A stretch of DNA of 64,000 nucleotides, taken from NCBI RefSeq assembly GCF_046119375.1, contig NW_027362768.1, positions 328,042,001 through 328,106,000 of the forward strand, read 5' to 3'. The position numbers were made by a program, and so were the translations under genes. Origin of the DNA: Phyllobates terribilis. Taxonomy: Eukaryota. Shown one piece after another: positions 1-10,388 of the stretch (positions within the stretch are counted from its first letter, which is position 1; each line of letters opens with the position of its first letter). The notes beneath the pieces are model-generated. The model was not told the origin of the DNA and searched no databases. It saw only the letters and a list, made by a program, of their open reading frames with translations.

Positions 1-1314
1 TAGCGATCTCGTTATGTGTGACAGGTAGCAACGATCAGGCCCCTGCTGTGAGATCGCTGATTGTTACAAAGCTTCCTGGACCATTCCTGGGTCGTTGCGC
101 TCCCGCTGGGCAGGGTGCATCGCTGTATTTGACACCTTGTCAACGACCTCGCTAGCGATTCAGAACGGAGACACGTAGAGGTGCATAAATTGGACTTTTC
201 TGCGTTCATCGTCCCCGATTGGTGGTCGCTACTGCGTCCTTGTTTTTTCAGATCCCACCAGCGTTCTCCGGCTGTGACTCCACTTTGAACAAATCAGACA
301 TCTTTAGCGAAGTAGGTATTGTTTGGGGTCTCAAATGAGTTTCCATTTTTAATTCATTTATAGGACATCTACCAATTATCTGCTATCATTGCTCTTCAGG
401 GAGTGAGGGCTTGGCTTCAATAGCGATCTCGTTATGTGTGACGGGGCACCAGGACCGTTAAAATACTGGCAGCAGTTGTCGCGGCAGGTCTTCGCATCGT
501 GGGTGTTTCTGCCATGTCCCACTGGTTGAAGGCCTGCAATTGCAGGATCGTTTGCACGCTATTCACAGAGCTCCACTTCCCCATTGGCTCGGTCCAGAGT
601 CCACAAAGCCAGGCGGACAGTACGTAATTGCATCACGTCGACGAAGAAAGTTTTGAAGCGTGCAACAGGCCAAAAGAACAGAGTCTATTGATTTCAGCTT
701 CATGTTAATTGGCGTATGAAAAACTCTGAAGCGGTTGGCCACGACAGCGTGTCAGAAAACGTGCTGTGTGGGTGTGTGTGCACGAGACCCCTAAAATATC
801 TGCCCATGCAAAAGCATATATATATACAGATAGAAGCCAAGCCCTCCCTCCCTGAAGAGCAATGATAGCAGATAATTGGTAGATGTCCTATAAATGAATT
901 AAAAATGGAAACTCATTTAAGACCCCAAACAATACCTACTTCGCTAAAGATGTGTAATTTGTTCAAAGTGGAGTCACAGCCGGAGAACGCTGGTGGGATC
1001 TGAAAAAACAAGGACGCAGTAGCGACCACCAATCGGGGACGATGAACGCAGAAAAGTCCAATTTATGCACCTCTACGTGTCTCAGTTCTGAATCGCTAGC
1101 GAGGTCGTTGACAAGGTGTCAAATACAGCGATGCACCCTGCCCAGCGGGAGCGCAACGACCCAGGAATGGTCCAGGAAGCTTTGTAACGATCAGCGATCT
1201 CACAGCAGGGGCCTGATCGTTGCTACCTGTCAGACATAACGAGATTGCTATTGCGTCACCAAAACGTGACTCATCAGCGATCTCGCTAGCGATCTCGTTA
1301 TGTGTGACGGGGCC
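1..1314. mobile_element. PIF/Harbinger-derived non-autonomous fold-back element (left end lies before the window)
   Basis: 1-418 is the reverse complement of 833-1250 with a few substitutions; right terminus ...GTGTGACGGGGCC at about 1314 followed by TTTA; the spacer holds a transposase relic. Confidence 0.8.
443..745 (-). pseudogene. C-terminal fragment of a Harbinger (HARBI1-like DDE) transposase with frameshift and stop
   Basis: Manual translation: VANRFRVFHTPINMKLKSIDSVLLACCTLQNFLRRRDAITYCPPGFVDS / DRANGEVELCE*RANDPAIAGLQPVGHGRNTHDAKTCRDNCCQYFNGPGA; resembles the RF...ACCxLHNFL region and C-terminal RD...YF motif of Harbinger transposases (recognised from memory). Confidence 0.75.
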
Positions 1315-1490
1315 TTTACTTGCAGGACCCCTCACCCTCCACAAAAACAAACAAACAAAAAAAAACACTTCTGGAAATGGTCAAATCAACCATTACGTCT
1401 AGTACCAGACTTGTACTACTTTTTCTCTACAGAGGACTTTTCAGCAGTCTCATTATCATCAGAGACTGTGTGCTCCTAACAGGTAACTCC

Positions 1491-1741
1491 CCTATATACA
1501 TTAGATAATACAAGATCCACCATTCACAATAGGTGATATCACAGCTCACCTCCTCCTGTACAATGACTGATAACACCTCTATATACAGTAGATAACACAG
1601 GATCCACTATTCACAATAGGTGATATCACAGCTCACCTCCTCCTGTACAATGACTGATAACACCTCTATATACAGTAGATAACACAGGATCCACTATTCA
1701 CAATAGGTGATGTCACAGCTCACCTCCTCCTGTACAATGAC
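1491..1741. repeat. 87-bp minisatellite, about 3 copies
   Basis: Unit TACAATGACTGATAACACCTCTATATACAGTAGATAACACAGGATCCACTATTCACAATAGGTGATATCACAGCTCACCTCCTCCTG; a related degenerate piece lies near 6235-6270. Confidence 0.9.
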
Positions 1742-2224
1742 CTCTGCCCAGATTAGAAGATAATCATTACATACTTTGGCTCAGACTTTTCTTAGCTGTA
1801 GTATTTGTTGCTGCCAATTTACATGTGGCTTTCCAGAAAGTATAGGAAATGGAAGTCGAACATAAATCTTTGTTTCCAGTATGAAAATGACAAAATGTAA
1901 GTTTGTTTTTTTTCTTTTTGAGTAGATTACAATATGAAAAAAAAAAAAAAAAAAATCGGCACAACTAATTTGCCTCTTCAAAAGCACTGATCTATGTATG
2001 ATAGTAACTGGATTATGTAGACTATACTATGAGAAAATATCCCAAACGCACAATCATCATTGGTCAAGGGACTAGAGTCTAGCATCCCCACATAAGAAAC
2101 CGCAAAATCAAGCAATGCAGTACTCCTAACAGCATGCACAAAACAGGAAAAAAATGCATGTCGGGGCAGTGTTCCACTTTAGCTTACAAGTGGTGATGCT
2201 TACCATGGATTAAGTGGAGCACTG

Positions 2225-2261
2225 CCCCGACGTGCGTTTCGCATGTAGCTTTCTCAAGGGG
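2225..2261 (-). ncRNA. Minimal type I hammerhead ribozyme motif, U3-A8 core variant
   Basis: Minus strand CCCC-UUGAGAA-A-GC-UACAU-GC-GAAA-C-GCAC-GUC-GGGG: 4-bp stem I, 2-bp stem II, 2-bp stem III, GUC cleavage triplet. Confidence 0.65.
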
Positions 2262-2420
2262 AGCTGATTGTGTCCTATCTGGTATTTATGATGTGTCCAC
2301 AGATGCCAAATTAGGAGCGCGCATGAGCGCTGTTGCTCCCGCCATTGCGATGCGCTGCTCCTAATTTGGCATCTGTGGACACATCATAAATACCAAATAG
2401 GACATAATCAGCCGACACCT

Positions 2421-2457
2421 CCCCTTGAGAAAGCTACATGCGAAACGCTTATCGGGG
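2421..2457 (+). ncRNA. Second copy of the minimal hammerhead, stem III damaged
   Basis: CCCC-UUGAGAA-A-GC-UACAU-GC-GAAA-C-GCUU-AUC-GGGG; G16.2 to A breaks the C15.2 pair. Confidence 0.55.
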
Positions 2458-4168
2458 CAGTGCCGACGCCTCCCCTCATCATGGGTATGCATCACCACTT
2501 GTAAGCTAGTCTCCTGTTTCACTTTGTGTTTATGGCCACTGCACACGGTGATTAGAAACTGGCTGCATAGGTCTAGTATGTACTATACACTGCTTCATAC
2601 CTTGGATTTATTTGGTGACTATCCTGACATTGTTGCAGTGTATGGTAATTATTTAAAAAAATGAATGTTTCTAATATAGTTTTTAATTCTGGTGGTTTAT
2701 GGTTACTCCAATTTCTAGTTTGTGCATAATCCAGTTACTATAGATACCATAATGCCAGTATACAAGGAGCAGATATCGTCTCCTCCAACTCACTTTTTGA
2801 CAGAGTACAGTCCTGTGTCTCACCAGACCATTCAGACGCTGTCCGTCACATCCTCCTCCTGCCTCCATGCTAGTAGAGACTTGACCTCTGAATCTGCTCC
2901 TATTTCACAAGTTGTACATTTAGGAGTTTTCAGGTTTAAAACTGGTTGAAATCACACTTTTTTCTGCACAAAACATTTTTGGGGTTTTTGGTGTTCTTAC
3001 ACCAGTCCCAGCTTCAAACGGTGGTAGATACTTGTTCTACAGACCATAATAAAGTGATTACAGTCCAGGTAAATCTGTCTTTGGTAGTGTGGGAGAAAAC
3101 TATTGCATAGGGAGAGGACATAGACGCTCCATGCAGGTGTTGTCCATGCCATCCCCCTTTGATGATTCTTGCCTTATGTTCTGAGGATGCGGATACAGGG
3201 GGATGTGCTACTGTCCAGTGCCTCTAGGTTATTGGGAATCACATACTGGGGGTATTTTGCATCTGCGTCTTTTGTTTGCGTAGGGCTCTTTCCTACATCC
3301 ATGATCATTGATCTGATCAGATTACAATGCATGGACCGGCCGTGCATCTCCCGAGCCAGAGTGTGACTGCTTCATAGATTTCAATGAGGCCGTCACGCTC
3401 AGGGTTGGGAGACGCACGGCCGGTCTGTGCATTGTAATTGAGATCGGATATATGAAATAGCCCTTACAGCGACCACGCGGCATATGCATGATTGGCTGCA
3501 GTGGTCACAAGCTTTAGTGGTGCCGTCACTGCTGCAGCCTGGGGAGCAGGGGACTTGGTAAAGCCCAACATTGATGGGAGTTCAGAACTAAAAAATGCAA
3601 TTGTTTTTTTTTTCCTCTCTCTAGACTGAAAAAAAATGTGTAGTTAAGAGTGGATGCGATTTCATAAAAAAACCACCATTGGTTGTAATGTGATATTGCA
3701 CCCAGGTTCTAATAGATACGACCATCCGCCTCTGTTGTATATTTTGAAGAACTCCGCTATAGATTGCAGTTAGCGCTCCACTACTATCATGTTTTTTTTT
3801 TTTTTTTACCAGAAACAGCGCCACTCTTGTCTATGAGTTGTGTCTGGTATTACAGCTGTGGCACATTCATGTAAGCATGGCTAAGCTGCACTACCAGACA
3901 CAGCCAGGCCTGGTGCGGTTTTTCAAAATTAATTTCTGAATGTTTTTTCTATTAACCATCCCTCTCACCTCATACTGAATTTCTAGAAGGTTCGTATCAG
4001 GCCATTAGATCTTAAGTTAAGAAGCTAAAATATGCAAATTGTCTCTTCAGAGAGGAAGAGGATTTGAGCTCTAGCGCCATCGATTGGAAGCAGCGATCCT
4101 ACAAGTCAAGATTGACCTTTTAATGAGCCTTGTTATAGGACTTGGGGGAAAAAAAAAGTCAGACCAGA

Positions 4169-4229
4169 ATCTCAATTTGCAGACATGATGTTTTGGGGTA
4201 TTGCCCCTCGTCAGTGCAAAGTGTGAGAT
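4169..4229 (-). ncRNA. Type I hammerhead ribozyme copy with probably inactivating G12A
   Basis: Minus strand AUCUCA-CAC-UUUGCA-CUGACGA-GGGG-CAAUA-CCCC-AAAA-CA-UCA-UGUC-UGCAAA-U-UGAGAU; the GAAA box reads AAAA. Confidence 0.7.
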
Positions 4230-4275
4230 CTGGTTTGGCTTACCCCTTAGATCCCAGTCTTAGCCTCTCACCCAG

Positions 4276-4336
4276 ATCTCATACATTGCACTGACGAGGG
4301 GCGACACCCTGAAACACAGTGTCTGCAAATTGAGAT
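4276..4336 (+). ncRNA. Extended type I hammerhead ribozyme with intact catalytic core
   Basis: AUCUCA-UACA-UUGCA-CUGACGA(4291-4297)-GGGG-CGACA-CCCU-GAAA(4311-4314)-CA-CAG-UGUC(cleavage after 4323)-UGCAA-AU-UGAGAU; stems I, II and III all pair and stem I has an internal loop. Confidence 0.8.
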
Positions 4337-5131
4337 TCTAGTTTGGCTTTTTTCCGAAGTCATATTACAAGGGTCGACATTGACTTGTAGGATTGCTGCT
4401 TCCAATAGGTGGCACCAGAATTCCAATCCTCTTCCTCTCTGAAGAGACAATTTGCATATTTAATTTCCCAGAGGAGCATGCAATACTGGCGTGTCAGACA
4501 TGGCATGTCGCTCTGCATAAGGAGAAAACGTACCCCTTAGAGCCAAGTAAAGAAGCTGAAATTCTCATTTAAGACAAGGCGTGTGATCTTGGATTCTTAA
4601 AGAGTAACCGTTTGTTTTAATTTTTCATAAATCAATAGTTCACATGAAAATAAACTTATTTATCATATCAGAGAAATCTGCTTCTTTCCCATCATTCAAT
4701 AATACATTCAGGTGTAAAAAACAGTACTCAGTGAAGATAGATTTTTCCAATGACTGAGATTGGTGATGACAGTTGGTGTTTTTAAAATTCTATGGAGGAG
4801 GCGGAGCCAGAGGCAGACCAGTTCTCCATAGAATTTTATGAGTACTAACTGTCATCTATCTTAGTAATGGGGAAAAAATATCTGTATTTACTGAAGACAG
4901 GTTTTACCTGTGAATTGGGAATGAAAAATCATTACTAGAAGAGAAAGGAGCAGATTTCTGCTATATAATTTATAATTAGGGGTAAAAAAAGATCAACTCC
5001 ACCTCTCATCTCCATCCAAGATCACGTTATTACCAAGCCTCCGGCACTAAGACCGGTCAAAGATCTACAACATTAGAGAAAATGCCACTGATATGCTTCA
5101 ATGCTAATTTTTTTTTTTCTATTTCATTAAG

Positions 5132-5343
5132 GAACATCTACATTTGCGATACCGGCCCCCCCACCGCCTCCTCCACTATTCGCGCCTGTTCCTCCTCCAA
5201 GTAAAGATGTGCCAAGTGACTTGGCCGTGCCCTCTGTGAACGGTACAGATCGTGGTGCCCTACTCCACTCCATCCAGAGCTTCAAGAAAGGAGGGCTGAA
5301 GAAAGCGGTGACGGCTGACCACAGCGCCCCCCGGATCAGCTGA
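5132..5343 (+). CDS. PXK: PXK (PX domain-containing kinase-like protein, MONaKA) last coding exon: proline-rich stretch plus WH2 domain
   Basis: Polypyrimidine tract and AG at 5130-5131; phase-1 translation (G)TSTFAIPAPPPPPPLFAPVPPPSKDVPSDLAVPSVNGTDRGALLHSIQSFKKGGLKKAVTADHSAPRIS* matches the vertebrate PXK C-terminus; syntenic with PDHB. Confidence 0.92.
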
Positions 5344-7886
5344 GTGTGAATGTCACCACTTATCGCTGAATAGCAAGTTTTCGGTAAAAAGAACACCTTA
5401 CGTTTTAAAGGAAGGTTAATGGTAGGAAAGTAGAGGCCCTGACTCTCCTAGTAAACATGCCTTGCAGACGAGACACCATAGATAAAAATATATACCTGTA
5501 AATTGAGGACTGGTTGTGGGTTGTGCTGCCGTCCAGCTCTTCACATAGGGAGTCCTCACCATCCTGCAAGAAATGGACCCAGCGCAGGGACCCTCAGCGG
5601 CAGCTTCAGCCATACCTTTATACCAGTAATGAAAGCAGAAGAACATTTGGGGACTTTTTCCTGCACTTTTTAAAAAAGGTGGATTTGGGCAAGACTTAAA
5701 ATTAGAGTTTCATTTTCCTCCCCTGACCCAGATGCACCAGGCAAGATGGGGTCCAGCACCTATCCAGCGCTTCTGGCATAGTCTGCGGATACTCCAGAAA
5801 TGTCTATGATGGGAATACTCCTTTAAAAGGAATATTTCATCACAAAGTACAATATTCTCCCTGACCTATTAGACTCCTAGGCCCCTGATTCACTGGCGTA
5901 GCACACGAATAAGAAGCATCAAATTCATTAAGACGTGCATTCCCCTTAATAAATTCGGTGCGTCTCATCAGTAGCGTGTGCCATGCCAGAAAGGTTGCTC
6001 CAACCAGGGACCGGAGTAACATTTCTAGCATAAGCAACGTCACTGCGATTCATTAATTTGACTGGTGAGCACAGCCACGTACTGACTCCTCACCAAAACT
6101 GGCGCGTACATGGCGACAGTCGCACATTTTTTGCGACTTCTCAGTGATTGATGAATCGGGGCCTTAGTTCCTTCAAGGAACAACAGTCTCATTATCACAG
6201 ACAGAATTATAAAACATTACCTTCAGATACATTAGCCACCATTCACAATAGGCGACGTCACAGCTCACCTCTTCCCCCTCCCTTCATAATTACTTTGGAC
6301 AGTCAGTACAGTCTATTGCTACTAGTGTCCAATGCCAAGTTTTGGGGTTTTTTTACATTAAAAATGAGCTGTGATTTGAAAAATTTTAAATAAAAATCGA
6401 TTTAAATCTGTTTTTAACAGTTGGTCATTTTCTGATGACTTTTTTTTGCACCTAGTGCACAGCCTCCTATCTGTAGGGCCGCCTTTTCCACACCCGCTTG
6501 TTATATGGGCATCACTCTCCTTCTGTGAGTGACCCATTTACCCCCAGCCCTGGGAAATGTGTTGGGGGGGCAACTTATCTTATACGATAAGGAGGATCTG
6601 TAGATCTAGAACATAACACATTCCACCTGGCGGCGTGATTTATCAATTTAGCAGTTAATATTTCCATTAGGACGGTCACATGTGTTTACAGTGTTCATTA
6701 TATTACCAAAATCCGTTACATGATCTGGGCAGGGGAGAAGATGGAAGGTACAACCGGCGAAGAATCATCTTGTTTTTTTTTTTGCACTTTAATAAATCTG
6801 TTTTAAGAGGGATCTAGTGTATGATTATCGGGCTCAGTAATACAATGTATATTCAGTCATATTTTTATTAAAAATAATAAACCCAAACTTTGGTCTCGTG
6901 TGAGTTTCCTTGATCTTAATTGGAATTACCCCGTTGACTTATCGCCATCATTATCTGTACATTTTAGCCTCCTCACCAAAGAATCAGAATAGAGAACAAA
7001 CCAATTTGTTAACCAATTCATGAGGTTTTTTTTTCCTTCTAATTTTGTTTAAATTTACTTAGGATTTGTTTTCCTATTTTTATTTACACACTATGTTCCC
7101 CATAAGGTCTTAAAAGACCTTTTGAAGGGTATTTTTTTAATTTTTTATTATTTCACCTGTAACTGGGGCTGGTATATTATCCCCAGTTACAGGAAATTTT
7201 TGTTTCCTTGCTACAGAGGTGAGAGGATCTCTCAAGAACCAGCATCTCCTGCTCCCCCTTTACACCCAACAATCACCGAGTCCAGAAGAGGAAGCACTGT
7301 CAGTGCTTAATAACCTGTATACACAAAAGCTGGTTCACAGCTGTGTATACTGAGATGGAGAAGGTAAACATGGTAATAATACGGCATGAAAACGTGCCCT
7401 GAACCTGTCCGGAGCCTCAGCTGCTGCAGAACCCAGTGCCACAGCAGTTTACAGATTAAGTGTGGCATTGCAGCTCAGCGGTACTGAAGTGGCGGCACTA
7501 CCACATGTATACTAAAAAACAGTTGACAATATTTGGAAGAAAGCAGCCATGTTTTACCAATCCTGGCCAAATCTTGTAATTTCTTTGTTAATCATTGTGG
7601 GGTAGGCTCAATAGAAATTAACAAAATCAGAAATGGAGGAGAAAAAAAAAAAAAAACAGAACCCACCCCAAAACTAAATAAATTCCAGATTTTATTTGTA
7701 TACAAAGCAACATTGTACATGTTCTCATAGTCACAGCGTGTGGACCTCTGAGTTCATACAGACGTATGGGTTATTTCTAATAAATATTGTCTGTGCTGTA
7801 ACATGTCTCCCATATATGATGAACTTGGTGGAGTGTCTTAAAGTGACTGCATATGCTAAGACATCTAGTACAGATTATCCAGTGTC

Positions 7887-8086
7887 TTGAAGGGTTGGCC
7901 TACGCCGATCTCTTCCCTCTCAGTAGTCACATCCCCACTTACTAGGTGGGACGTCTGTGTGATCGCCAGGTATCGTGCCCGGATCCTAGTCTAATGAACA
8001 GGACAGGTGCACGATACCTGCTGATAGTGCAGAAGTCATTGGCACTACCTGATGCAGAGGTGAGTGGCGCTGGCCAACCCCTTTAA
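7887..8086. mobile_element. Kolobok/T2-type palindromic MITE in the probable PDHB 3' UTR
   Basis: TTGAAGGGTTGGCC...GGCCAACCCCTTTAA termini with a TTAA-type target. Confidence 0.6.
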
Positions 8087-8224
8087 GTCACTTCCCCCCC
8101 AAACATAAAATATATTTGCACGTTTAAAAAAAAAAAAAAAAGTACCCAGAAGACAATATGGAGGTACTGATGCTAGACCCATGGATTAGACATGTTACCT
8201 CTTTGCTGTAAGATGCCCGGATAC

Positions 8225-8373
8225 CTAAATAACATTAAGGGTCTTTTTAACAGCAAATATGATGTCCTTCACTTGTGGTATGCAGTTATCTTCTAATATC
8301 TTGGCATAGGGCATGGGAACATCCGCACCGGTGACACGGAATACGGGAGCATCCAGGTAATTGAACGCAGGTC
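8225..8373 (-). CDS. PDHB: PDHB exon 10 (last)
   Basis: (G)[48 protein letters not shown]; AG acceptor at 8374-8375. Confidence 0.96.
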
Positions 8374-9347
8374 CTGTGGGAGACAAAAAAAAAATAATTA
8401 TCCATGTATTCCTAAATGTATGGTGCCGAGATGTACATAGATGTGTCTATAAGACAATCCCTGACACCCTTCAGAGAGACCATCTTGTAGATACCTTCTT
8501 AAAGGACTTGTCCTAAGGGGGTTTAACACTATCAACTTGACACCAGCACCCCTATCATGCACATGGGATACTATAATGAGCATCTCCCTTAACCAGCTCT
8601 ATCTGGTGACAAAGTCCTTTTAAAGGATGAAAAAAGCTTAAAAAAAAAAAAATGGAGTTCAATGTCTTGTAAAAAATCCCCGAGTGTCCCTGATTCAGAT
8701 ACTTTTTTCTGTTTTGCACTGCATCGCTCCATTGCAGAGATTTTCACATTTGTTGGTTTTGGAGCTCAGTATGTGAAATCTCCGCTTGTAGACCAACAGG
8801 ACATTTCTTCATCTCTGGAGGCGTCTGCTTTCACCCCTCCCTCCCAAGACTGCTAGATCAGTTGCAGAGTTGTGATTGGCAGTGTCTGAGAAAGCGGTGA
8901 AAAAGCACACCCTGAGAAAAGTCTCTGAAGCAAAAGCCACAACCAGTGATTTCACATACTGCGCTCTAAAAGCAACAAATGTGAATATCCCAGCAAAGGA
9001 GCGATGCATCGCAAAACGGAAAAAAGCATCAGAATTATGGGAGCTCAGGGATTTTTTTTTTTTTTTTTACAAGGTATTTAACTGAAAATGTTTAGCTAGT
9101 TACAGATCCTCTCTAAAGAGGGGGTAAGAATTCTCCATTTTGGGGAGCTACTCAGTATTAGAAAGTTCCCTCTACAACAACCTGCTGTTTAGACCCCAGC
9201 AATAAACAGTTATCGGATTATTTTTCCAGGAGCGCCACCTCAGGCAAAATGAAGCATTACACGGCTCCCTGTCAGCAACAGATATGATTTGTAGGTGCGG
9301 TTTCCTTCACAGACAAATAAAAATCTCTAACAACATGGGTTCCTTAC

Positions 9348-9489
9348 CTTCCATGATCTTCGCGCAGATTTCCGCTCCAACTCCAAATTGTGGCCAGCCG
9401 CCTTCTACAGTCACTAGATGGTTTGTCTTCACAACGCTGGCTTCGATGGTTTCAGTGTCCATTGGCCGGATGGTGCGCAAATTGATAAC
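9348..9489 (-). CDS. PDHB: PDHB exon 9
   Basis: 142 nt, [47 protein letters not shown]; AG/GT flanks. Confidence 0.97.
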
Positions 9490-9733
9490 CTTTATAAAAA
9501 CACGTGAGTTTAATCCGTTGACAATTTGAAAATACACGATTGTTATAGGGAACCTGACAGGACGATTGTACTAAAGAAAATAATAGTCATGTTGTAAGGC
9601 TCATAGAACAACAATGAAATAGATAGCCCTCTTGTAGTAAAATGGTTTTTTTTGTGATTCTGACTACATCTCAGTGTGCTGTGGTTCCTGTATGGTCCAC
9701 AGTCGGATGATAGCTGATAACTCCCAACATCTA

Positions 9734-10359
9734 AAGGCCCCGTCACACTAAGCGATGCAGCAGCGATCCCGACAACGATACGACCTGTCAGGGATCGTTG
9801 CTGCATCGCTAATACATCGCTGGTGAGCTGTCAAACAGGCAGGCTCACCAGCGATGAGGGGAGCAGCGACATCGTGGAAAGAATCGTTCCACGATGTCCT
9901 GCTCCCGTTACCAGCCTGCTGCAAGCAGGAGCAGGCTGGTAACTATGGTAAACATCGGGTTACTAAGTGCGCGTGTGCCCCTAGTAACCCGCTGTTTACC
10001 ATGGATACCACTCTGCTACCGTGCGCTGGAGCCTCCGCTCACAGTAGCAGAGTGGTATCTATGGTAAACAGCGGGTTACTAAGTGCGCGCGTGCCCCTAG
10101 TAACCCGATGTTTACCATGGTTACCAGCCTGATCGTTGGTCCCGCTGGTCACACACAACGATGTGTGCTGGCCAGCGGGAGGCCAACGACCAAAAAATGG
10201 TCCAGGACACTTTGCAACGATCAGCGACCTCACAGCAGGGGCCTGATCGTTGCAAAGTGTCACACATAGCGACATCGCTGGTGAGGTCGCTGGTGAGTCA
10301 CCAAAACCGTGACACAGCAGCGATCTCGCTAGCGATATCGCTTAGTGTGACGGGGCCTT
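9734..10359. mobile_element. Palindromic Harbinger-family MITE (same terminus as the 1-1314 element)
   Basis: AAGGCCCCGTCACACTAAGCGAT...ATCGCTTAGTGTGACGGGGCCTT, TA on both sides, nested internal inverted repeats. Confidence 0.85.
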
Positions 10360-10388
10360 TACTCTGACCTGACATTACAATTGATCAT

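Larger units (their letters stand above)
2181..2508. mobile_element. Fold-back element with paired minimal hammerhead motifs (possibly Penelope-like pLTR or retrozyme derived)
   Basis: Arms 2181-2207/2480-2508 and 2221-2323/2350-2461 are reverse complements; centre near 2340. Confidence 0.7.
4030..4460. mobile_element. Fold-back element with paired extended type I hammerheads
   Basis: TATGCAAATTGTCTCTTCAGAGAGGAAGAGGATT at about 4031 pairs with AATCCTCTTCCTCTCTGAAGAGACAATTTGCATA at about 4425-4459; arms converge on an unpaired centre at 4230-4275. Confidence 0.8.

Noticed and set aside
252-311. 60-nt segment with acceptor and donor inside the Harbinger arm
   Set aside because: Lies within TE sequence, has a stop in the phase the last PXK intron requires, and has no supporting evidence
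1-418. Assembly artefact explanation for the inverted duplication
   Set aside because: The arms differ at several positions (visible as R/S, N/D and H/Q differences between the mirrored ORFs), more consistent with a real, aged inverted repeat
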